Below are positions 1 through 8,023 of a stretch of DNA of 32,000 bases, in pieces. How positions within the stretch are numbered: position 1 is the stretch's first letter; the number at the start of each line of letters is the position of its first letter. The position numbers were made by a program, and so were the translations under genes. Origin of the DNA: Rhodothermia bacterium. GTDB taxonomy: Bacteria > Bacteroidota > Rhodothermia > Rhodothermales > UBA2364. The DNA lies in NCBI GenBank assembly GCA_017303715.1, contig JAFLBZ010000017.1:33357-65356 (forward strand), written 5' to 3'. The notes beneath the pieces were generated by a model. That model searched no databases and had not been told where the DNA came from. It saw only the letters and a list, made by a program, of their open reading frames with translations.

Positions 1-1
1 T

Positions 2-2077
2 GGACTTGGTTTCTCCCCTGATGGTAAAATAGCCTATGCCACAGTTTTTGCTGCAGGTTCTACTGCGAGCGTGATCAACCCTACCTTGCAAAAATTCACG
101 GCTCCAGCGCCATCTACAGGTCGTATGATTACGTTGATGGTGAACATGGCATCCACCCGCGACACCGTAGGCGTAAAGCGTATGATCCAAGTACGTGGGG
201 ATAATGGCGGCCCATTGCCCGACGGCAACAACATTACATGGGACAATGCAACCACCCTCAAACCTGTGAACGTAGGTGGGGACTACTGGAAAATCCAATT
301 TAAAGCCAATCCCGAAAAAGACCTCAAATACAAATTCTGGGGCGCTGGCGATGGCCTTGGCGATGGTTGGGAAAATGGTAGTGACCACGTTATTGCAGCC
401 GGTACAAGTGATGTGGATCGAGGCCTGCACTTCTTTAACCGTACAGGCGGTGACAAAGCCTATGACTGGAAGCCATTCCGTCAGGTAGGTACAGACTCTG
501 TGGCTGTACTCTACCGTGTGTATATGAATACCAAAGAAGCTGGAACCAATGGCTATGACCGTGCCAAAAATCCCGTTGTTGGTGTTCGTGGTGATGGTAC
601 GCCCGGCGGCGTTGTGGATTGGGGAAGCACCAAAGTGAAGCTCAAACCGGAAAGCAGCAACCAAAGTGATGTTGGATACCATATTTATTCTGGTATCGGT
701 GTATATCACAAATCGGAATCTGGAAAAGTACAGTGCTTTAAGTACTTCATCGAACCAAGTGGTTGGGATGATACTGCCGGAAAAGGCGGATGTCCTACCG
801 ATGGCGGAAACCGCTGGTTTAAAATCCCTAAATCAGACTCAACCCTCCACTGGGTGAAGTTTGCGAACGGAACCGATGCGCCAAATGCAACCAAAGACAA
901 ACACAATGTGGTATTCTCCGTAAACCTTGCACCCTTGGAAGCCATCGGAATCTTTGACCGCACCCGTGGGGACTCCCTCCAAGTCCGTGGTGACTTTAAC
1001 GGATGGGGCTGTTCCAAGACCAACTTCGATCGCTGCTTGTTAGACAAAGTACCGGGAGGCGCGATCTATGAACTCCCTGCACTTTTGGAAAACTATGCGG
1101 GTACCGAGATGAACTATAAGTATTACTTAGACTTCAACAATACGGAGTTTGAGAAAAAATTTGCTTGGACGCCAAATGGCTGGGAAGAACCACTCTCCAC
1201 CACTGGTTCAAACCGCAAATTCGTATTTGCTGCTGGAACCGCTGACCAATCTTTGGAACAAGCTCGCTTCAATGACATACAGTCCAAAAACATCATTCCA
1301 AATGGAACGACCGTAAATGTGAAGTTTATGGTGGATATGAAGCCTGCACTTACCGCTGACCGCACGTTCAATCCTGCTTCTGACTCGGTTTATGTTGACC
1401 TGACCGGTGACCCCATCTGGGCATTAACACAGGGGTTTGGAGTGCAAAATGGCACTGATGGCAAGCCAAATGGTAATGCTGCCTTCAACTACAAGCTCTT
1501 CCTGACGGATGCCAATAACGATATGGTTTATGAAGGCTCTATTCCGGTGAAAGGACCTGTTTATGGCACGCTCCAATATAAGTATGCTTTTGGTACCAAG
1601 GCTTCTGGAACATATGTTGAAGAAGGCGGAACAACGGCTGGTATTGGTCGTCGTCGTACTCGCTATATCCAATGTAATTGGACTACCAAAGGCACTTGTG
1701 CTTCTTGGCCAGCAACTTTCGCCTTGGCTGCGGAAACCTTCCAAGCGAAAGGAAACTTGCCCTATGAGCAAAACGTGGTGGCGGTAGAACCTGTTGAGTC
1801 TTCGCAACTGCCAACCGCATTTACGCTTTCTCAAAACTATCCGAACCCATTCAATCCTTCTACTAATTTTGAATATACCTTGGCCAAAGACAGCCATGTA
1901 AAGGTTCAAGTATTTGACCTAACGGGTCGTTTGATTCAAACCTTGGTGGATGGCTTCCAAACACAAAACACCTATCGGGTATCGTTTGATGCCAGCACTC
2001 TTGCTTCCGGTACATACTTGTATCGTATGCAAGTTGGAAACAACATCATTACCCGCAAGATGACGTTTGTGAAGTAA
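2..2077 (+). CDS. Secreted T9SS cargo protein with repeated carbohydrate-binding-like beta-sandwich modules (5' end truncated by the window)
   Basis: The frame of ORF 71-2077 stays open back to nt 2 (GLGFSPDGKIAYATVFAAGSTAS...), so the real start lies upstream of the window. The C-terminus (FTLSQNYPNPFNPSTNFEYTL...VQVFDLTGRLIQTL...SGTYLYRMQVGNNIITRKMTFVK) is a typical T9SS/Por C-terminal sorting domain. VRGD(F)NGW-type motifs recur (IQVRGDNGG, VGVRGDGTPGG, LQVRGDFNGWG) and resemble CBM48/CBM20-like modules. Confidence 0.8.
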   Translation, partial: GLGFSPDGKIAYATVFAAGSTASVINPTLQKFTAPAPSTGRMITLMVNMASTRDTVGVKRMIQVRGDNGGPLPDGNNITWDNATTLKPVNVGGDYWKIQFKANPEKDLKYKFWGAGDGLGDGWENGSDHVIAAGTSDVDRGLHFFNRTGGDKAYDWKPFRQVGTDSVAVLYRVYMNTKEAGTNGYDRAKNPVVGVRGDGTPGGVVDWGSTKVKLKPESSNQSDVGYHIYSGIGVYHKSESGKVQCFKYFIEPSGWDDTAGKGGCPTDGGNRWFKIPKSDSTLHWVKFANGTDAPNATKDKHNVVFSVNLAPLEAIGIFDRTRGDSLQVRGDFNGWGCSKTNFDRCLLDKVPGGAIYELPALLENYAGTEMNYKYYLDFNNTEFEKKFAWTPNGWEEPLSTTGSNRKFVFAAGTADQSLEQARFNDIQSKNIIPNGTTVNVKFMVDMKPALTADRTFNPASDSVYVDLTGDPIWALTQGFGVQNGTDGKPNGNAAFNYKLFLTDANNDMVYEGSIPVKGPVYGTLQYKYAFGTKASGTYVEEGGTTAGIGRRRTRYIQCNWTTKGTCASWPATFALAAETFQAKGNLPYEQNVVAVEPVESSQLPTAFTLSQNYPNPFNPSTNFEYTLAKDSHVKVQVFDLTGRLIQTLVDGFQTQNTYRVSFDASTLASGTYLYRMQVGNNIITRKMTFVK

Positions 2078-2101
2078 GACGGATAAAGCTTAATCGCTTC
2101 G

Positions 2102-2143
2102 CAACAAGGGGTTGTGCCATTAGGTGCAACCCCTTTGTTGTTG
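2102..2143 (+). terminator. Hairpin terminator candidate downstream of the T9SS cargo gene
   Basis: CAACAAGGGGTTGTGCC (2102-2118) pairs with GGTGCAACCCCTTTGTTG (2123-2140) around a 4-nt ATTA loop, with one bulge and two G:U pairs. It starts 25 nt after the stop. The T residues lie partly inside the 3' arm, so this is not a textbook U-tract. Confidence 0.55.
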
Positions 2144-2281
2144 AGGTACATTTATGTGAGCCATTAATCCCTATTTATGGATATAAGTAATTGTTATTAA
2201 AAGAGATGTGTTATATATTTTAGTCTGTCTTCTCCAAATCACACAATCCCGATGGCATGATTGAGACCGGTTTCCTACACA

Positions 2282-2415
2282 GCCCAGCCCCGTAGGGGTG
2301 GCATCTTGGTAGGAAGCCATTCCCAGCGCACGGCATTCGCCTTTATCCACCGTTCAGGGCTAAAGCCCAATGCTATTCGGAGCCTACTACTCCGCCCTAA
2401 AGGACGGAGTTAATG
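2282..2415. repeat. Composite dispersed repeat, copy 1 (52-bp unit A + 19-nt linker + 63-bp unit B)
   Basis: Nearly identical to 2687-2821: gcccagccccgtaggggtggcatcttggtaggaagcc(a/c)(-/g)ttcccagcgcacggcattcgcc..ttcagggctaaagcccaatgctattcggagcctactactccgccctaaaggacggagttaatg. A degenerate half-unit precedes it at ~2254-2281. Confidence 0.9.
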
Positions 2416-2527
2416 TTTTTTGTGCCGGTCTCTCCGCCCTGTTGGGTGATGTTGCGAGACGCCTTTTAACCCCATGCTTCAGCGTGGGGTTTTCTGCGAC
2501 GATCACACTCTCGGCTTTAGCCCTGAA
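2353..2527. repeat. 15-bp perfect inverted repeat pair bracketing a ~145-bp segment
   Basis: ttcagggctaaagcc at 2353-2367 and its exact reverse complement ggctttagccctgaa at 2513-2527. Confidence 0.85.
2468..2495 (+). terminator. Terminator-like hairpin inside the repeat cluster (no upstream CDS)
   Basis: AACCCCA (2468-2474), 10-nt loop, TGGGGTT (2485-2491), followed by TTCT. It sits in the unique segment between the inverted repeats. Confidence 0.35.
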
Positions 2528-2530
2528 TAA

Positions 2531-2738
2531 GCCCAGCCCCGTAGGGGTGGCATCTTGGTATAAGCCCGTTCCCCAACGCATAGCCCAGCCCCGTAGGGGT
2601 GGCATCTTGGTAGGAATCCCGTTCCCAGCGCACAGCCCAGCCCCGTAGGGGTGGCATCTTGGTAGAAAGCCGTTCCCCAGCGCATAGCCCAGCCCCGTAG
2701 GGGTGGCATCTTGGTAGGAAGCCCGTTCCCAGCGCACG
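2531..2738. repeat. Tandem array of 4 x 52-bp unit A
   Basis: Units start at 2531, 2583, 2635 and 2687 (exact 52-nt period). The first 30 nt are identical in all copies (gcccagccccgtaggggtggcatcttggta). The last 22 nt are diverged but clearly homologous. Each unit carries a CCCC-GTA-GGGG hairpin core. Confidence 0.95.
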
Positions 2739-2821
2739 GCATTCGCCTTTTATTATCGTTCAGGGCTAAAGCCCAATGCTATTCGGAGCCTACTACTCCG
2801 CCCTAAAGGACGGAGTTAATG
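2687..2821. repeat. Composite dispersed repeat, copy 2 (unit A5 + linker + unit B2)
   Basis: Duplicate of 2282-2415, with small indels in the linker (ctttatccaccg vs cttttattatcg). Confidence 0.9.
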
Positions 2822-2975
2822 CCTTGCTTCACTTTTCATCTCTGGCAAGCTATTGCTTTTGGGTTGCACTCACCTCCGCCCTAAAGGACGGAGTTAATGC
2901 CTTGCTCCACTTTTCATCTCTGGCAAGCTATTGCTTTTGGGTTGCGCTCACCTCTGCCCTGAAGGACGATGTAAT
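2796..2975. repeat. Tandem array of ~2.3 x 78-bp unit C
   Basis: ctccgccctaaaggacggagttaatgccttgct(t/c)cacttttcatctctggcaagctattgcttttgggttgc(a/g)ctcac starts at 2796 and 2874, with a truncated, diverged third copy from 2952. The unit begins with the imperfect hairpin CTCCGCCCTAAAGGACGGAG, which is also present in unit B1 at 2390-2409. Confidence 0.9.
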
Positions 2976-3183
2976 TTTTTTAAACTTAATAAGCCCCTTG
3001 TATTTGTGTGCTTGTATGACAGAGCTAATGCGATGTTAAGCAACCACCTACGGGGTTAAATATCAGGCATAAAGAGAGCTTTGTTCAATTTGCTGTGAGT
3101 TTAACGTATCTTGCCAATATCAAAAAAAGCCTTCATAGGCAAAGACAAACACCTAACCTGAAATTAGCAGCCATAGACGTTCC

Positions 3184-5646
3184 ATGCACCATCAACCTTT
3201 ACATAACAACTGGATCCTTCAAGAAGCGGGGACAAATGAGACCATTCCTGCGAAGGTTCCGGGAACGGTTCATACAGATTTGTTGTCGAATGGTCAAATT
3301 CCCGATCCGTTTTACCGAGACAACGAAAAAAAATTGCAGTGGATTTCCGAAAAAAGTTGGTTATACAGCACCCAGTTTGATGCCGAAGAAGCCCTTTTGG
3401 GGCAACAAAATATTGAATTGGTTTTTGAGGGCTTAGACACCTTCGCTACGGTTGTATTGAATGGTTCCGTACTTGGTCGGACGCAGAACCAGCATCGAAC
3501 CCATATATTTGACATAAAGCCCCATTTGGTTGCTACGGGAAATCGCCTTGAGGTTCGTTTTGATTCAGTGTTGCCCTACATACGGCGCAAAACGGCGGAA
3601 AAAAAGTTGCCAGAATGGAAAGGTCCTCCCGAAGAAGCGGGCCGTGCTTACGTCCGGAAAATGAGTGCAAATTTTGGTTGGGACTGGGGGCCGATTTTTA
3701 CCACGGCTGGCATTTGGCGTAATGCCTCGATCCGAGCGTACCAAAACCGGATTTCCGATGTGCAGATTCTTCAGCACCACCAGTCGGGTATAGTAGAATT
3801 AGACATTACCACAGAATTGGTCCATGGGTCTGGTGAAGTTCGGGTAGAAGTTTTGTTTGAGGGTCAAGTTATTGCAGGAGCAATTGCCGAACGCCATCAA
3901 AATATGGCAGAGGCACGTTTGACCCTTGAAAATCCGTCTTTATGGTGGCCAAATGGTCTTGGAGAACAGCCACTCTATACGATACGGGTGACCTTAACAG
4001 ACACGGAAGAGGAGGTTTGGGAGAAAAGAATTGGTCTTAGAACCCTACGCTTGCAACGCAAACGCGACCAATGGGGAGAGTCATTTTATTTTGAAGCGAA
4101 CGGTATTCCTTTCTTTGCAAAAGGAGCGAATTGGATCCCCGGAGATGCTCTCTATACGCGCTTCGACCGCTATCAAGACATCTTGCAATCTGCCGCTGAT
4201 GCGCATATGAACATGATCCGCGTATGGGGTGGGGGCATTTATGAAGAAGAAGAGTTCTATGACCTCTGCGATGCGTTGGGGCTATGTGTCTGGCAAGACT
4301 TTATGTTCGCTTGTGCCAACTACCCGGGACGAGATCCGGAATTCCTTGAAAACGTTCGGAAGGAAGCCGAAGATAACGTGCGCCGGATTCGGCATCGGGC
4401 GTGTTTGGCGCTTTGGTGTGGCAATAATGAGCTGGAAGCGGGCTTGGTAGGCAAAGTTGCGACCGCTTGGAATGGTGTTTGGGAAGATTATGACCCTATC
4501 TTTAATAAGGTCTTGCCTGCTGTGGTTGGACAATTAGACCCTCAGCGTCAGTATTGGCCATGTAGCCCACACAATCCCTTAGACCGTTCTACGCATAATT
4601 TTCCGGGAGCTGGGGATGCCCATTTGTGGACTGTTTGGCACAAAAAAGAACCCTTCGAGTGGTATCGTACCTCATTTCACCGCTTTGTATCCGAGTTTGG
4701 ATTCCAGTCTTTCCCAGAACCCAAGTATGTTCGGACGTTTACCGTGCCGGAAGACCATCGTTTAGACTCGGAGGTGATGTTGGTGCATCAGCGAAGTTTT
4801 GTCAATAAGGTGAGTGGCAATTTTACGATTTTGGAATATGCCGATTCGTGGTTCCGGAAAGCAAAAGACTTTGAGGCAACTTTGTGGCAAAGCCAACTCT
4901 TACAAGCCCTTGCGATGCAGTATGCCGTAGAACATTGGCGGAGGAATATGCCGCGTTGTATGGGGGCTTTATATTGGCAACTGAACGATTGTTGGCCTGT
5001 GGCAAGTTGGGCTTCGTTGGATTTTGAAGGCCGATGGAAGGCCCTACATTATGCCGCCAAACGCTTCTTTGCGCCTGTTCTGGTGTCTGGGGTGGAGGAC
5101 GTGAAGCGGAAAACCGTTGAGATCCATCTTACAAGTGACCTCGGAGAACCGCAGGAAATGGTTGTGGAGTGGGCGGTTTTTACGGCAAATGGTAAACGGT
5201 TGGCAAAAGGCAATATCTATAGAAAAATCCCCGAAAGAACTTCGCTTTTGTTGGAAACGTTGGATGTGTCTGCCTATGTTCAAAACGAAGGGGCAGAAAA
5301 TATCTTGGTACATCTATCCGCGCACTTAAGTGGGAGTGTGGTTTCCGAAAATGTGATTACACTCAAAAAACCCAAGGACTTAAGACTTGGTTGGACTGAA
5401 ATTGGATTGGAAACCGAAGAAAAGGCTGATGAACTCCAAGTGACGTTACGGGCAGAAAAACCGGTTATGTGGGCTTGGCTTGCGCATGACAAGGCCGAAT
5501 TTAGGGCAAATGACAACTTTTTTCCGCTCATGCCCGGTCGCCCAAGAACGTTGATTTTGCAACCTAAAGCAGGAAATACCGTGGCTGACCTCCGTGAAGG
5601 CTTGATGGTGATACAAGTCTCGGATTTGGAAAATAGATCGGTATAA
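3184..5646 (+). CDS. Beta-mannosidase, glycoside hydrolase family 2
   Basis: 820-aa ORF. The N-terminus (WILQEAGTNETIPAKVPGTVHTDLLSNGQIPDPFYRDNEKKLQWI) and the catalytic region (NMIRVWGGGIYEEEEFYDLCDALGLCVWQDFMFACANYP...LWCGNNE...SEFGFQSFP) match the GH2 beta-mannosidase pattern as I remember it. Confidence 0.85.
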   Translation: MHHQPLHNNWILQEAGTNETIPAKVPGTVHTDLLSNGQIPDPFYRDNEKKLQWISEKSWLYSTQFDAEEALLGQQNIELVFEGLDTFATVVLNGSVLGRTQNQHRTHIFDIKPHLVATGNRLEVRFDSVLPYIRRKTAEKKLPEWKGPPEEAGRAYVRKMSANFGWDWGPIFTTAGIWRNASIRAYQNRISDVQILQHHQSGIVELDITTELVHGSGEVRVEVLFEGQVIAGAIAERHQNMAEARLTLENPSLWWPNGLGEQPLYTIRVTLTDTEEEVWEKRIGLRTLRLQRKRDQWGESFYFEANGIPFFAKGANWIPGDALYTRFDRYQDILQSAADAHMNMIRVWGGGIYEEEEFYDLCDALGLCVWQDFMFACANYPGRDPEFLENVRKEAEDNVRRIRHRACLALWCGNNELEAGLVGKVATAWNGVWEDYDPIFNKVLPAVVGQLDPQRQYWPCSPHNPLDRSTHNFPGAGDAHLWTVWHKKEPFEWYRTSFHRFVSEFGFQSFPEPKYVRTFTVPEDHRLDSEVMLVHQRSFVNKVSGNFTILEYADSWFRKAKDFEATLWQSQLLQALAMQYAVEHWRRNMPRCMGALYWQLNDCWPVASWASLDFEGRWKALHYAAKRFFAPVLVSGVEDVKRKTVEIHLTSDLGEPQEMVVEWAVFTANGKRLAKGNIYRKIPERTSLLLETLDVSAYVQNEGAENILVHLSAHLSGSVVSENVITLKKPKDLRLGWTEIGLETEEKADELQVTLRAEKPVMWAWLAHDKAEFRANDNFFPLMPGRPRTLILQPKAGNTVADLREGLMVIQVSDLENRSV

Positions 5647-5663
5647 CCCCTAAAGATGATTGG

Positions 5664-6179
5664 ATGCAAACACCCATTTCTATCAATCGAACAAAAGATC
5701 CCAAGATCCTTGATCGGTGTGCGCAGTGGATGGCAGAGTCGGAGCCTTGGATAACATTACAGCGAAGTGAAACGGACTGTAAAGCGTCTATGAGAGGCGA
5801 TTACAAGGAAGTTTATATTGCCTCCATCCAAAGTGCGTTGATGGGGTTTGTGGTGATCCAAATGGCGGGTACATTTAAAGGCTACATCCAGTCCGTTTTT
5901 GTGGTTCCAGAGGCAAGGCGCCTCGGAATCGGTGGGGTACTCTTGAACTATGCCGAAAACCGCATTTTCGAGGCGTCGCCAAATGTCTTTTTATGCGTCT
6001 CGTCGTTCAATGAAGAGGCACAGAAACTTTATAAGTCGCGGGGGTACACACAAGTGGGGCTTTTACAGGACTTCTTGATAGAAGGTGCAGACGAAATCCT
6101 TATGCGAAAAACCATCGCCCCTTGGCATCGTTATACAGTTAATAAAAACAATTACTTGGAATCGGAAACATCTCTTTGA
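5664..6179 (+). CDS. GNAT family N-acetyltransferase
   Basis: 171 aa. Acetyl-CoA binding motif A is VFVVPEARRLGIGGVLLNYAE, followed by KLYKSRGY. It starts 17 nt after the mannosidase stop and ends 8 nt before the next start. Confidence 0.8.
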   Translation: MQTPISINRTKDPKILDRCAQWMAESEPWITLQRSETDCKASMRGDYKEVYIASIQSALMGFVVIQMAGTFKGYIQSVFVVPEARRLGIGGVLLNYAENRIFEASPNVFLCVSSFNEEAQKLYKSRGYTQVGLLQDFLIEGADEILMRKTIAPWHRYTVNKNNYLESETSL

Positions 6180-6187
6180 CTTAGCTT

Positions 6188-8023
6188 ATGAGTAAAGATA
6201 AACGCACCCTAAACCGGATTCTTCGCTGGTTGCAATACCATGAATGGTGGCTTCTGGGTGGAATGGTGGTGCTTGCCTTTGTCCTTGGTATTCTGGGCTA
6301 TTGGCAATACTACTACATAAACCCGCAAGTTGATGGCTGGACGTGGTGGGATATTTTCTATAAGGTGGGACGGTTTTTTGTGATCGAAGGAGACGAACCG
6401 GCAGGGCCAAATGTACCTTGGGCATTGCAGATTTCAAGGTTTTTAGCACCCATCCCGCCTGTATTTGCAGCAGCAAAGGCCATTTTTTCCGTTTTCAAAG
6501 ATGAGATTCGCAGTCTTAGGGTACATTTTTATCAAGACCATGTGGTTTTTATGGGGTTAGGTTCTCGTGGCGCACCGTTGGCCAAAGAGTTCTTGGAGGC
6601 TGGGGAAAAAGTGGTTTTTGTTAAACCCGCTTTAACCGAAGAAGAAGACGGATGGTTGTACAAACTGGGGGGTATTGGGGTAGAAGGGGATCCCAAAGAC
6701 CGCTATGTCTTAAAAAGAGTGGGAGCGGAAAGGGCTAAACATGTTATTTTATTGGACGATAACGATCAAGTTAATCTGGAAAATGCCGTCCTCTTACGGG
6801 AATACATCAATGATCCAGTGCATAAAGAAAAGGAACCTGTACGGGTATTTATCCACCTGTATAACGATCGCTTAGGCCACATTTTCCGTCGTCATCCCAT
6901 ATTTACAGATACCCAAGACCGCTTTGAAGGCACATTGTTTAACATCTATGAAGCCAGTGCGCGAACGCTGTTGCAGGTTTACCCACCCGAAATGGTGGTT
7001 TATGAAACGGAAAATGCAGCTACGATTTTGGAAAACCGCCCACCTGTACACATTCTCCTCATTGGTTTGGGGCAAATGGGTAAAAATCTTTTACATCAAT
7101 TAATCCTGACCGGACATTATCCGCACCAAGAAAAGCTCTTTGTTACGATTGTAGATCATAAAGCGACCGAAAAAGTGCGGGTTTTTGCAGCTAATTTTCC
7201 AGAACTGATGTGCCTGTTGTCCTTAAAACCGTTGGATGTGGAAATTACGGCACTGCACGACGAGGCTCTTGAACAGTTGAAAGGAAACCCCGCTTATACC
7301 GCGCTGTACCTGTGTTTAGGACAAGATACCCTTGGCGCAGAAGTAGCTTTGTTTTTACGGCAACGCCTCGAAGGTTTATCTCCGGAAACACCTGTGGTTA
7401 CGGTCTTTCCACAGAAAATCTCGATCTCAGATTTGTTGTCCGAAAGCCGCTTGTTTCAGAAAAAAAATCGCATGTACGTCTTCCCTGCAGTCGAAAAGGG
7501 CTGCACCGTAGAAGTCGTTGTCCAGCAAAAATTGGATGTCTTAGCGAAAGCCATCCACGAAGCCTATTTGGAGGAAGCTAAGCGGGATGGATACTATAAC
7601 AAGGACTCGCCCTCGCATCAGCCATGGAGGGCGTTACACGAGGACTTTCGGGATGCGAACCGCCATCAGGCTGATCATATTCGGGTGAAATTAGCCGCTA
7701 TGGGCTGTATGATGCAGCAACAAAACGGGCCATTACCAAAAGTAGATTGGGCTACATTACTCGAACGCCACCCGAACAAATTGCTCGCCTTGGCGCAAAC
7801 CGAACACCGCCGTTGGATGGCCTCTCGCTGGCTTTCGGGGTGGCGATATGCCGAAAAAACCAATCGCGATGCCTTACTTCATGAGAATTTAGTCTCTTGG
7901 GATAACTTGTCGGAACATGTGAAATCACTCGATGCCGATACCGTGCGGAATATTCCTAAGCTCTTAGAAAAAGTGGGCTTGGAAATTTGTATTAAACCAC
8001 CAACAAGCAAAGATGCTGTCTAA
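6188..8023 (+). CDS. Membrane protein: channel-like 2-TM N-terminus + two Rossmann/RCK(TrkA-N)-type domains + C-terminal tandem RyR repeat
   Basis: 611 aa. TM1 is ~aa 20-42 (WWLLGGMVVLAFVLGILGYWQYY). A pore-loop-like segment lies at aa 51-71 (WTWWDIFYKVGRFFVIEGDEP). TM2 is ~aa 77-103. GxGxxG motifs are at aa 122-127 (GLGSRG, in HVVFMGLGSRGAPLAKEFLEAGEKVVFV) and aa 293-298 (GLGQMG, in VHILLIGLGQMGKNLL). RyR-type repeats cover aa ~449-600 (LAKAIHEAYLEE...NRHQADHIRVKLAAMG and EHRRWMASRWLSGWRYAEKTNRDALLHENLVSWDNLSEHVKSLDADTVRNIPKLLEKVGLEI). Confidence 0.8.
   Translation: MSKDKRTLNRILRWLQYHEWWLLGGMVVLAFVLGILGYWQYYYINPQVDGWTWWDIFYKVGRFFVIEGDEPAGPNVPWALQISRFLAPIPPVFAAAKAIFSVFKDEIRSLRVHFYQDHVVFMGLGSRGAPLAKEFLEAGEKVVFVKPALTEEEDGWLYKLGGIGVEGDPKDRYVLKRVGAERAKHVILLDDNDQVNLENAVLLREYINDPVHKEKEPVRVFIHLYNDRLGHIFRRHPIFTDTQDRFEGTLFNIYEASARTLLQVYPPEMVVYETENAATILENRPPVHILLIGLGQMGKNLLHQLILTGHYPHQEKLFVTIVDHKATEKVRVFAANFPELMCLLSLKPLDVEITALHDEALEQLKGNPAYTALYLCLGQDTLGAEVALFLRQRLEGLSPETPVVTVFPQKISISDLLSESRLFQKKNRMYVFPAVEKGCTVEVVVQQKLDVLAKAIHEAYLEEAKRDGYYNKDSPSHQPWRALHEDFRDANRHQADHIRVKLAAMGCMMQQQNGPLPKVDWATLLERHPNKLLALAQTEHRRWMASRWLSGWRYAEKTNRDALLHENLVSWDNLSEHVKSLDADTVRNIPKLLEKVGLEICIKPPTSKDAV

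Noticed and set aside
1424-1909. Long antisense or alternative-frame ORFs inside confident genes: 1424-1909 (-), 5280-5669 (-), 10085-10534 (-), 19126-19548 (-), 19142-19552 (+), 22436-22810 (-), 23216-23620 (-) and 31212-31562 (+).
   Set aside because: Each lies wholly within, or antisense to, a longer ORF that has clear family motifs. Their compositions are odd (Arg/Ser/Cys-rich) and none shows a motif I recognise. They are treated as shadow ORFs.
2531-2738. Possible CRISPR array: a 30-nt invariant segment alternates with 22-nt variable segments at an exact 52-nt period.
   Set aside because: The 22-nt variable segments are homologous to each other (variants of ggaagcccgttcccagcgcac), so they are not unrelated spacers. 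They are shorter than typical spacers, there are only four units, and I see no cas genes or leader. This is a diverging tandem repeat, not a CRISPR array.
2370-3039. ORFs 2370-2648 (+), 2387-2737 (-), 2503-2742 (-) and 2776-3039 (+) inside the repeat cluster.
   Set aside because: Their translations are just the repeats read in different frames (repeating YQDATPTGLG / MPPLRGWA / SALKDGVNALLHFSSLASYCFWVALT). They overlap one another on both strands. There is no independent coding signal.
3095-3436. 113-aa ORF overlapping the start of the beta-mannosidase gene in another frame.
   Set aside because: The 3184 frame yields a full-length, recognisable GH2 N-terminus. The 3095 ORF has no recognisable features and is fully explained as an out-of-frame overlap.
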